NCBI RefSeq assembly: GCF_011745625.1
Contig: NW_027191484.1
Location: forward strand, 62,001 to 126,000
Reading direction: 5' to 3'
Length of the DNA: 64,000 nt
From: Cladosporium halotolerans
Taxonomy: Eukaryota
In this document: positions 35,034 to 45,795 of the stretch, one piece after another
Layout of the letters: each line of letters begins with the position of its first letter
How positions within the stretch are numbered: position 1 is the first letter of the stretch
Program-made: the position numbers and the translations under genes
The notes under the pieces: generated by a model
What the model was told of the DNA's origin: nothing
Seen by the model: only the letters and a program-made list of their open reading frames with translations
Databases searched by the model: none

Positions 35034-35712
35034 AACGTTGTGCCTGGACGGAATTGGCGTGATGGTCGCCATGAAGTCGTCCTTCCCATTGCTTACCATC
35101 CGGGCTCTCCGGCGCAACAACACGCAAATTGCGTATGCTCTCCGCTGAATTAAAAACAATGGCATGCGTCCGCTGCCGGTCCATCCGAGCGCAATGTGCG
35201 GAACATCGTGAAGCTCAAACACGAAAGCGCCAGCATCGAGCTGCAGCACGCATTGCCGGAAGCGGTCAGCCGCACCTCGGCTTTCCCTCTGCCGTCCAAC
35301 GTCACCATCTGGGGACATCGGGTTCCACTCTTCAATCGACCTCAAGAAACTCACAGCTTGAGCTTGTGATTTCTTGACAGAAGGCAGCGCTGATCTTCCG
35401 CCGATTTAGCCTAAGTCGCATAGTATTAATCGCTTCGGCAACTCAGGTTCATTGCACCCCGCAAGCTCGGCTGAACTTGGCTATGGGTTGCGCGCCACCG
35501 GCAATACACCTCACGATTTCTTGCCCTCAAGACCACGGGCTGGCACTTGCAACATGACGGCATCAATTACCCCGGAACCGGCTGTCCGGAAGCACCTCAT
35601 GTGGTGTTCCTTGCAGCCCATGCGGAGGATGAGCAGCTACAAAACCAGTGTTCTTCCCCCAGAGTACTCTAGAATAATTCTCAATTGCAATACGCATTGA
35701 CCCAATTATAAA

Positions 35713-36925
35713 ATGAAGAACTCCGTTGTCACAGCCACTGCTGCTCTAGCTGCTGCTGCCACTGCAGCTCCGCCTCGATATGGTGGCCACCATCCGCCTG
35801 GTCGCCCTGGGGGATACCCCGGCCACGGGCCAAACGCCGACCATTGGAAGCTGAAGAAGTTCACAAGTCTTGTCGCTTTTGGAGACAGCTATACAGATGA
35901 TTCACGATTGGGATACTTCTTCGCGAACAACGGCTCAGCTCCGCCAGTTGGATGGGTCAACCCGGCAGTATGTCTGAGCCCACTATCTAAATCGCAATGC
36001 TTTTTTGCTGACCGTTCCGTAGAACTACATGTCCGCCGATGGGGGAAGGCCGTGGCCGCAATATGTTGCCCAATACTCTGGCGCCAATGTCTACAACTAC
36101 GCCGTATCCGGCGCCGTCTGCAGTAACAACATCACCCCACGCCAAGTTTCGGGCAACACCTTCAACTTCCCAGACGTAGAAGGATACGAAGTCCCTGCAT
36201 ACATCGCCGACTCCCGCTACGTCGACGGCAACGGGACGAAGTTCATGATCAACCCACCGGACGAGACCGTACACAGCATCTTCATCGGAACCAACGATCT
36301 CGGCAACGATGCTTTCATCACAGATTCCCAGGTCGCAAACAAGACCATCACGGACTACACAGACTGCATCTTCAACGCCATCCAAGGCGTCTACGATAAC
36401 GGCGGCCGCTACTTCGTCCTGCAGAACGTGGCGCCTCTGAACCTCGCGCCCCAATACGCTCTTCCCGGCAAGGGCGGTCTCGAGACGACGCAGTATTGGG
36501 AGAACAAGTCTGGCAACCTCACCGAGATCAGCTATAAGATGAAGGAGTACGTCTCGCTGGTGAACAACGTATTCAAGTACCAGACGCCATACGAGACAGA
36601 GGTCGCCAAGCGGTTCCCTGGCGCGCACATTGCTATTATGGACATCCATGGATTGGTAAGAGAATCCCATCCAACTCACGACGAAGACATTGCTGACCTT
36701 TCGCTTTAGATCACCGACATGTACAACAACCCGTCGGAGTATCTGAACGGTACTGCTCCTCTCGACGTGACTTCTTACGTCAACCTCAATGGCACACAGA
36801 ATGCGAGCCCGGACAGCTTCCTGTGGTACGATGAGCTGCACCCCAGCGAGCAGACTGATAGGGTCATTGCGCGGGAGTTTGTGGGCGTTGTAAATGGCGA
36901 TAGCCAGTGGGCGACGTACTGGTAG
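35713..36925 (+). CDS. Secreted SGNH/GDSL acetylesterase (CE16-like), 3 exons
   Basis: Signal peptide; LVAFGDSYTD, NYAVSGAVCS, IFIGTNDLG, FLWYDELHPS; introns 35968-36022 and 36656-36709. Confidence 0.9.
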
Positions 36926-38488
36926 AGATGAGCTGCTGTATACGTAGATGTGTTATCTGGACATAGACGAATGTCACGAATTTTGACAACGTCCAGTGAT
37001 GCTCAGGGCCATCATATTGTATCTTTCTTGAGACGTTCTCAAGTGTTGATCTTACCCTACTCTTTCGGCCCATCGAGAGTAGAGGTATTAATTACGTATG
37101 CTATTCCTCGGAACCGCTCACGCTGTTCTCCCCCTACTGACCTGGGTACCTAGGGTTAGGGTTGGGGTAGCCCACCACAACTACATCACCTCTCATGAAA
37201 CAGGCCTCTGCCCGCCTGAAACACAGCTGCACCATGGTCATCAATCAAGCTTCCAGCGGTACTCCGAACTCTGGTCACCATAGCCTCTCGATGGCGTAGT
37301 CTGCAGAAACGCCCCTCCCGCGCCACGCCCCGACTTTCCCCATCTGTCAACCGTTCCAGACCTCAACCCGCATTTTCTTATCGCATTCAGCATCTCGATT
37401 CTCCTCTTATAGCATCTCCACTTCCATGTGTAGCGAGATATCGTCCTAGTCCGCATGAGGCTTCCTGCGCGTTGCGCCACCCCGCGTGCATGCCAGCGCC
37501 ACGTTCGAGTCTAGGTTTAGATTTTGGCTTTCGCCGTGCATCTGTTCCAGGTCCTTGGCTCGCCACGTGCGGCTGAGACATGGCTTGCTTGATGGCCACG
37601 TGGTTGACGAAGATGTTGGCGAGATGCAGATGCGATGCGGAGAGTAGGCTGTCTAGACTGTGGGACTGGGTGCTGCGTTGGCGAAATGGGCCATTGGGGT
37701 GGGGTGTAAGGGGGCTGAGGTGTTCCTTTGGTTGTTTGGTAATGGGTGTGCAAACGCTTGGGTCGGGCGGAAAATTGTCGGACGTCGACGACAACGTTAG
37801 ACTCTTGCCTAACCACAGAAGACTGCAGAATTTGCTTTTGCGATTTGGACAGTGCTGGCTATCCTGTGATGTGGGTGCATACAACGGGAGATGGGTGAGG
37901 CGTATCCTGATGAAAGATCCCCCAATTACCCAAGATGGAGCTCGTTCAATTCACAGTATAGATCCATTGACGAACTAACATGAGGACTCAACTAACTTAC
38001 CCAAGACACTACAAGACAACCCGAGTCCCGTACTCAAGCCGGTAAGACTAGGTCTCCGGTCCTAGAACCTGTCATCGCCACCTGCACAGCAAAGCATCGA
38101 GCTCAATCGCGTCCTGATTGCTTGAGAAGGTAGGTGGTAGTTCCCCCAAGGCTTTTGACCAAAGTTGCCATCCAACCAAGAGTCTGGAGTTTTCTGATGG
38201 GGCCGAGGTTTGTGACGTCTTTTTCTGAGGGATGATTTCGCGGGATCTGTATTGGTCAGTGGCTGGCACACTGATGCTCACATGGCGGGCAAGGGGAGAG
38301 GATACGGTACCTCAATGCCACGATGAAATTACGTTTCACATCTCAGTGAAGCCAATATGTTCTTCACCATTTCACACCCACGATGGAATGACCTTTTTCA
38401 GATCGATTAATTGATAAGATCAAGTCAGACTGAATCACCGAGCTCACTGCTTGGAAGCACTAATGGTTTTACTTGTGCCGACGAACGC

Positions 38489-40363
38489 TCAAAAGTGCTC
38501 TTTGGCTTCCCAGAAGAGCTCACACTCCTCATCGACGCTACAATTGTCATCATCCGGTGAGGACTCATTCTCCTCCAAGCCGCACACCCGCAACGCTTGA
38601 ACATACTGTGCTTCCCTCCCTTCGCTTTGTGCTGAAGCGACTTGCCTCGGGGTGCATGCTCGTCCATGAAGAGATTCCGGCATGTGCGACATGAACGGCT
38701 TACTCAACACATCAGGGTCCGCGCCACGACCCAGTAGATCCCGCACTATAGCATCGTGACCGGCAGAGGCAGCTATATGGAGCAGCGTCCAGCCGCGTTC
38801 ATCTAGCATTGTAACAGAATGGTTCCCGAAGTACGGAAGCAAAGCTTTGTACGTTGCTTCATTCCCGTAGAACACAGCATGATGGAGCGCGTTCCAGCGT
38901 AGAGGTAAGGCCTCATGCTCGGGTCGCGCTCCCTGTCGTATCAGTTCCAGGAGCTCTGCAGCTGTTGCATAAGCCGCAACGCGGTGTAGGACTGTCCAGC
39001 CCTCGGTATCAACCACGTCCAGATCCTGCACGGCATCATCAGCAAGTAATTTGAGATAGTCCAGCATAGAAAATGTCCCAAATTGCAGCCGAGGCCAGCA
39101 GAAGAATGTAACATTCCAGCCGATAGTGTTTATGTGATCTTGCGAAGCCCCGCGGTCTAGCAACAGGCGCACTATATCGAGTTGCTTATGCCATATTGAC
39201 CACTGCAATGGTGTGGTTTGAAGAAGCCCAAATGTACCTTCCAAATCGGCGCCGCTATCGAGCAGCTCTTTTACGACGTCAGTACTGCCGTTTCGTATTG
39301 CAAACTACGCTGGCATTAGCATTTTTTTCTGACCGTCGGTGCGGTGGTCTTGACTGACAGCCAGTGGAGTCCAATTGCGCGCACCAATGTCCGTTCGCCG
39401 GCCTTCGTCATTTTTCAACATTCTTCGAACGGCGAGCAGATCGCCGCGATTACAAGCTACCAGAAACTCGTGATCGTTGTCGAGGACTCTCGCCAGAGCA
39501 AGCGAGCTTCCATGACGCAGGCTCAGATTCAATGGGCAGAGCGGGAATGTTCGTACCGAGACGGTCATGACGAGCATGAATCGGCCAAGGATCCGCGCAA
39601 GTGGAGTCGATATCTGCATTACAATGCAGTAATCCCGATACGGCCCTTGTGATGTCGGTATGAGGCTATAACGTACACCCCATGATGCCCAATCATCCTC
39701 CAGTGAAACGGGTTTGTATCGTAGAACCCGCTTCGTGGTCTTTGACACTTTGAGTGCTGGAACTGCAGATTCTGCTTCAGAGCCGCCGAATTGAGTGCGG
39801 AGTCCCGATGTCAATCCAGCGATCATGCTCTTAAGCTCATCTATACCACTCAAAGTCGAGCACTGGCCTCTACTAGGATACATGTCAGTAAATGGAGTCC
39901 AACGTCCAGAGGCAGTCAAAATGTCAATGCAAAAGCTCATTACATACAATGACAAGACCTGAAGCCAGTGCGACAGTCGTTCTTCCACGGCACTAAGCTT
40001 GACGATGATGCTTTCCATGTGCTGACTTTCAGATTTTGCCCACATGGTACGTTGACGAATGCTGCCGTACGCCTGAACGCGCGATAACACAGAGTCGAAT
40101 TGCTCGATACATTGGCGAGCGTCTCTCAGGAGATCTGCCAGAACGTTTTGACTTTGGACGTCAACTATTAGCGGATGTCCAGTGATGGAGGTGCAATGGA
40201 TAATGTCTAATTCGGCTTGGAGAGATACGATGAACGCTGCAAGGCGCTGCAGATCGTCAGGCGCATGTCTCCATCGGCTGTAGATGTTTTGTATCGATTT
40301 CAGAAGTACCGCGGTCGCTTGTATCAACGTGATGACACTCGCTGTGGCTCCTATGGGCTCCAT
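38489..40363 (-). CDS. HeLo-like/SesA-type fungal N-terminal domain + ankyrin-repeat protein, 3 exons
   Basis: N-terminus MEPIGATASVITLIQ..RWRHAPDDLQRL; ankyrin motifs WTPLA|FAIRNG, TPLQWS, GWTVLHRVA, WNALHHAV, GWTLLHIAASAGH; introns ~39873-39947 and 39305-39358. Confidence 0.8.
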
Positions 40364-40474
40364 TGCAAAATGTTAGTCGGTAGGGTATCAAGGAGAGTGC
40401 TACGAAACCATTTGTTTTCTAACTCTTCAAAGTCGCTCAGACGACTACTAGTGCAGCCTTGGATATGAGTTGTG

Positions 40475-40773
40475 GGTCGCATGTGCCGAGTAGGCTATAC
40501 CAATCATTGCTCGACACGTTGGCGTAGGTATTTGAGCTGTGCCTTGTCGCTAACCCATTATACTTGAATGGTGTGCCGGTCGCATACGCCGGATGAAGTA
40601 TACCAATCATTGCTCGACACGTTGGCGTAGGTATTTGAGCTGCGCCTTGTCGCTAACCCATTATACTTGAAGATGGTGTGCCGGTCGCATGCGCCGGATG
40701 AAGCTTACCAATCATTGCTCGACACGTTGGCGCAGGCTTTAAAGCTACGCCTTGTCGCTAACCCACTATACTT
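40475..40773. repeat. ~103-105-bp tandem repeat, about 3 copies
   Basis: Core taccaatcattgctcgacacgttggcg..gccttgtcgctaaccca.tatactt recurs; ggtcgcat starts at 40475, 40578 and 40683. Confidence 0.92.
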
Positions 40774-41565
40774 TTGGTTCTAGTATTCATACCAGATAGA
40801 GGCCCCGCCATTTGACGACTGTCTGAGATCTCTGCTGGCTTCCGACTGATCCTGGAGCACAGAAAACCAACTAAAGAGAGTAAATCTGCCAAACTACGGG
40901 AATCATGTCTAGCAAGTGGGTGGCATTCATTTGGAGGCCTGTGTTAAATGATCTTGTTGACCATCGACAGCTCCACTGGACACACTCCGTTTCCTCGTGA
41001 CCCACCAGATGGTCGTCACCGTACTCCATAGCCCAGCGAAGCAGATGCGCAAATCAGGAATCTGAACTCCGCTGTTCCAGGTGAGAAAGAATTCCAACTC
41101 GAGAAAGCAACTCGAGTTCCTGCTCTTCAAGTATCTGGGCGTCAAGGAACGCAGCATCGCATCTCGTGAGTTGTTGCCGGAATTACACCACAATGGCTTG
41201 CTGTCTTGTTGTCATGGAAGAATCGTCATAGCAGTAGATGGAGCTCACGATAGCTGACCATGTCCAGGCCTTCGACTCCGCGCATAGTACCTTACGATCG
41301 AGAAAAGTGCGTGTAAACATTAGTCAGGCTATCACACTCTGGAGGCTTGGTACCGATCCGCATGGACTTTTTACGAAAATACTTGCAAAGTACTAGGAAA
41401 TATGAAAGTTTGAAGTTACAGCGCTGCTTCGTTAAGTCTGTGCGCTGTTTTGGTTTCAAGCTGCGACGGGCGAGAGGCTATGCGCGCCTGCCTACCGTGC
41501 TTACGTAGGTAGAAGCTATGCCTAGTAGCTGGGTGCATCGCAGAGCTTCTCACAAATGTGAAAGC

Positions 41566-41573
41566 TATAAAAA
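41566..41573 (+). promoter_or_regulatory. TATA box at -30 of the 5S rRNA gene
   Basis: TATAAAAA 30 nt upstream of ACATACGACC, the position known for dispersed filamentous-ascomycete 5S genes. Confidence 0.7.
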
Positions 41574-41595
41574 CCCTAAACTTGAACTGGTGACC

Positions 41596-41636
41596 ACATA
41601 CGACCACAGGTCAGTGAAAACTGGGCATCCCGTCCG
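41596..41636 (+). rRNA. 5S rRNA gene, 5' 41 nt only (interrupted)
   Basis: ACATACGACCACAGGTCAGTGAAAACTGGGCATCCCGTCCG matches the ascomycete 5S 5' end (ACATACGACCA....GAAAAC.GGGC.TCCCGTCCG); similarity stops at 41637. Confidence 0.88.
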
Positions 41637-43480
41637 AAATCCCCCATTCTCACCGTCGTTCACGATATCAGGATCCCAGCGTGTTGCTACTGTAGTGTTG
41701 ATGGTCCCAACGACTCAAATCCTACCAAACACTTGCGTCCAACATCGCTGTGACAGGGAGTACGAACTTCACCTTGTGAGCGTTAGGAGAAGATGATATG
41801 CGAATTACAGGATAATAAGTAGCAGGTATCCAGTGTACGGAGCCTTAGGGTAATGTTTCCCCTGTTCATCTCACCGTGAATCATGAACAACGGATGATAG
41901 ACAACCGGGTTTGCCATGCTCCTAGAACGTGTGAACACACGATACGAACCATACCCCATCATCCCGTTACGCACCTGTAATGCATGGTTGATCAATCAGG
42001 ACGGGAACACGATAGAAAGAGATTTCTGGACCCATTTGCTTGTAGAATTTCCTAAATCTGCCCTTCTTCATTCCTCCATCTTGAAGATCGGGTTACCAAA
42101 CCTTGACCACGCTACGGGAAGCATCTCCAGAGATTGCATTCCTAGGCCGTTCCTTTTATGTTGAACGCAGCATCAGTCTCTACCTGTCGACATAGAATGA
42201 CAGACTATGATCCATAAACCAGGACACAGGAATTCGGCCATCAGAGTGCCACTTCCACGATTTGCGCGGGAGCCGCGATTCTAGAACGGGGAATTGAATC
42301 ATGCCGCGCTACCTTCCCCGTTGATGTGCCGCCGAGTAGAGGCCAGGCGCTTGGTCAGAAGTCGCAGGTGATTATGCAATCTTCGGGCTGCGAGAGTGCA
42401 GGCTTCCATGTCCCACAAGAGGGAAAATGATTGGGGGACGAGGTGGTCGCGCTAGCGGCTGACTGCAAAAGGCACAGCAGGGCTGTATTTGGAGACTCCG
42501 CATTGCACGGATAAGGGGGTATCTTGACAATGACGAGTTTGATACAAAGTATATCACGCGATGAAGACACGGCACGAAAACATGATGCTACGTTGATCTA
42601 AGTATAGCCGAAAGGTACAGGAAGTAGTTTGAGATCACTGAGACACGGCGGCACGGCATACGGCGTCGGTTTGGAGCTCTCCATGTAGCAAAAATAGGCC
42701 GAGTCGCATCATCCTGCCTTGCATTCTCTTGCACGGGACATCGCTCCGATCCTTGCCACAGCATGCTCATGTCAAAAAGTGCGTGTGCTGCATCCTGTCT
42801 TCCTGCGATCAAATCCTGGAACTAGAGGAAGCAGACGCGCGGGAAATCCGGAACAGGAACGCTCAGACACTAGTTCCGAGAAGCCGTCTCTGGCCATCAA
42901 AAGCCAGGTTTCCAAATGCGGGGATAGCTAAGCAGCGTGCCGCATATTGTGATTGCAGCGGCAGGCATACCACAGGCTCACAATTTCAGCGTGCCGCTTC
43001 TCATCAACTTCTGCTTCCCGTCTTGCTTTTTGTCTTCGATTACCAATGTGGGCCTTTTGGAGAGATTTTATGTACATAATTCGTTGAACAGCCAGGTTAG
43101 AACGCAGGAATGTTACCATCCGTGTCACCGATCTTCACACAGCATCACTGTCTTGAGATCTCAACATGACATTTGCCCAAGCCGAGGAGTCGTAGCTGCA
43201 GATCTGCTTGGGGAAGGAATTCCATATACTCTCGCACGCTCAGGCTCCTCATGATATCGCGGCACTTACGCGGGTGTGAAGCGGGGAGACGCGACAGCTC
43301 ACGTGTGGCTTGCAGCACAGTCTACCCCTGGGAGATAGCTCGCAAATGGTCCTTGTTCATTGCTTTTCCCACCACTCCAGCTGTTGAATCCCCGGATTTC
43401 TTTTTTGCTCAACTCCCTTGCTGTACCTTCAAACCCCGACAAGTGGATAGGTACACGGGACCTCTTTTAACTTCGAAAAC

Positions 43481-44038
43481 ATGGAAGTATCAGCGGACCG
43501 CCAGCGCGCGGTGCCAATGGAGGCGCATGTTGCCAGTACCAAGGGTGGGGTTGACAACCTCATCAACCTCAGTGGACTAACCGAATTTCCTCCCACAACA
43601 AATACAGCCAGCAAAGCCGGACCAGAAGTGGTAGAGCCATCCTGTCCGCCGAAGCCTCAACGCAGAAAATCCACGCCAATCTTGGCTGCTTGTTCCCAAT
43701 GCCAGAAGATGAAAATAAAGTGTTCGGGCGAGCGTCCTACTTGTTCATCGTGTTGCCTCCGTGTACTCCCATGTCGCTGGGGTGTCCGAGAAGGGTTGAC
43801 AAGACATGCGGACATGAAACAGACAATATCAGCTTCCACACAGCGCCAAATCGAGCTGGAGAGGTCTTTGGCAGAAACGAAAGGTCAGCTGAACGTTCTG
43901 ACACGATTTGTTCATACTCTTCGAAGTGGCTCTGATGCGGAGTCTGCGCTGGATCTTGCAAGACTGCGCCTCGGAACCGCAATCGAGGACATTGTCCGCT
44001 ATCAGGACTCCCGACTAAGCACCGCCCGCCCGATTTGA
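43481..44038 (+). CDS. Miniature Zn(II)2Cys6 protein (185 aa)
   Basis: ACSQCQKMKIKCSGERPTCSSCCLRVLPC, coiled coil, LRSGSDAESALDLARLRLG, then stop. Confidence 0.8.
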   Translation: MEVSADRQRAVPMEAHVASTKGGVDNLINLSGLTEFPPTTNTASKAGPEVVEPSCPPKPQRRKSTPILAACSQCQKMKIKCSGERPTCSSCCLRVLPCRWGVREGLTRHADMKQTISASTQRQIELERSLAETKGQLNVLTRFVHTLRSGSDAESALDLARLRLGTAIEDIVRYQDSRLSTARPI

Positions 44039-44582
44039 GGCTGGTAAGTTGCAGATCTTATCATCTTGGGTGGAAAGCACAAGAGCTCATAGGTGTCTAA
44101 CACAATCGCTGCACATGCAGCGAGGTCAGAAAGTATCATTGCTGCCAGCCTGGCTTTGGTGCAAGGTCTTCCCGCAGGCGCACCAAGATCACTTCGTGCT
44201 ATTGCAGATCAACCGATCGTCTCGCTGCGATGGGAAGACGCATGCTATTCCCATGTCTCTTTTCAATGACGCGGCGCCTGCGCAGGGGCTCTTACCTGAC
44301 GCCCGTCTTCCCGCTGCACCTCCATATCGAACGAGTAGCGTTGCGCTTTGCATCGCGATTTCCTCGCTCCAACGATTTGTCAAGAGGGCGGTTAACAAGC
44401 ATATGCAACGCAACATAGACCTCGAACCGTGCGCTTTTGCTTATAAAGGCCTCCGATCTCTTTGGCGTGTACGCTGGATGCATCACTGATTCATCGTCTT
44501 TTCATAATGCGGGCAAATTCTAAAGCTGCTTCGGAGCAAAAAAATATGAGCACCGGCTGGTGTGGATGCACGCACAGGAAGG

Positions 44583-45009
44583 ATGACATATTCAGCATGC
44601 TCGCAGTGCCGCAGTCGGAAGCTAAAAGTCGTCTCTTGCTGCGTAGGCGGTTAGGCATTCTGATAATAAGAAGCTGATCGTCCTTGCGGATAGTGCTCTG
44701 GTGAACGGCCAACTTGCAAGATGCGCGGAGAAAGATCGGGCTTGTGCATACGACATTGACATCGGAGTGACCCGGCGGCAGGCACTCATTTTGCAACTCA
44801 ACATGGCTCGTGAGCAGCTGAGCAATTGTAAGAATGTCATGCTTGCTTTGCAATATGGCTCAATCACGGATGCTACCGAGCTTTTGGCTCGACTACGGCT
44901 TGGAGAAGACGTCGATGAGTTAGCTAGCGTCGTAAGCCAGCGTCGAAGCACGTACGAGCATCGCATCGGTTATTCAGCAGACGTGGATGACACTGGGACA
45001 AGGCAATAA
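44583..45009 (+). pseudogene. Frameshifted miniature Zn(II)2Cys6 gene
   Basis: SACSQCRSRKLK | intron 44628-44693 | CSGERPTC, then a frame change to RCAEKDRACAYD..LQYGSITDATELLARLRLG; in-frame TGA at 44547 upstream. Confidence 0.7.
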
Positions 45010-45293
45010 AACATCGACACCACCAGCAACAACTTGCTATCATTTCCTGCTTCTAAGAAGAAACTGTTCGGGACCGCAGTCTGCTAGTGTGGCGCTGAAA
45101 TGCTGGACCACGATACAGTACGATACCTGCGTTTGTCTTTGCTTGAAAGCTAGCAAGAGGCAAGATTGTCAGGGCGCAGAGATCTGGCCTTGAAACCAAT
45201 TGCGACTATTACAGGCATTCTCAAAAGTCATGTCAACTAATCTCTTAATGACCTCCGATTTCTACGCTCTCACTTTCGATGTTTTCGGAACAC

Positions 45294-45795
45294 TCACGTC
45301 GAGTCGCTCAATGATTTTGCTACGTTCATAGGGTCTTTCGACGCTCGTATCTCCCGGAACGCTTCCCGAGCCTGACGGCTCGAGCAATTTCGAATATAAT
45401 GAAAGAATCCGTGGAAGTCATTCACTTCCACTTGCAGTACGGTGATCTTTCGCTGGAGGGATGCGAAACGTGTTGAGTTAGGTTCAACATCGTACTCGCA
45501 AGGGGCACCCTTGTTCGCACAACGTTCGCAAGAAGGTCGCCGGCTATCGCACTACTGAAGTGTCAGAGCCCTTCTAGAGCCTTCTTTTTTACCAGGTAAA
45601 ACTTACCTTCGCTTTCCCCCTCTGGCAAGCTATACACGCAACTTTGACCTGACTTCTCCGTACCCGCGATATCGGCGGCGACAGCGCTTGGAGGTTATTA
45701 ATATTGGCGTCGATCGTCCGAAAGACAGGATCCAATGTGTGAGCAGTCGTGCTTCTAGGCGCTAATAACCTTGGTGCTCGTTGTTCCCTAGCCAT
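45294..45795 (-). CDS. Miniature Zn(II)2Cys6 protein (~148 aa), 2 exons
   Basis: VKVACIACQRGKAK | intron 45552-45606 (GTAAGT..CTGAC..TAG) | CDSRRPSCERCANKGAPCEY..AREAFREIRASKDP..ST*; the stop overlaps a possible GTGAGT donor. Confidence 0.8.

Noticed and set aside
40475..40773. CRISPR-like array
   Set aside because: Units are ~104 bp and near-identical along their length with no unique spacers; eukaryotic context and no cas genes.
40927..41215. Possible gene fragment on the minus strand (MTTRQQAIVV*FRQQL..)
   Set aside because: Contains stops and no recognisable family motif; cannot be supported.
41637..43400. Starship captain (DUF3435 tyrosine recombinase) next to the 5S break
   Set aside because: No long ORF or recognisable recombinase motifs; if the element is real the captain must be at the far end.
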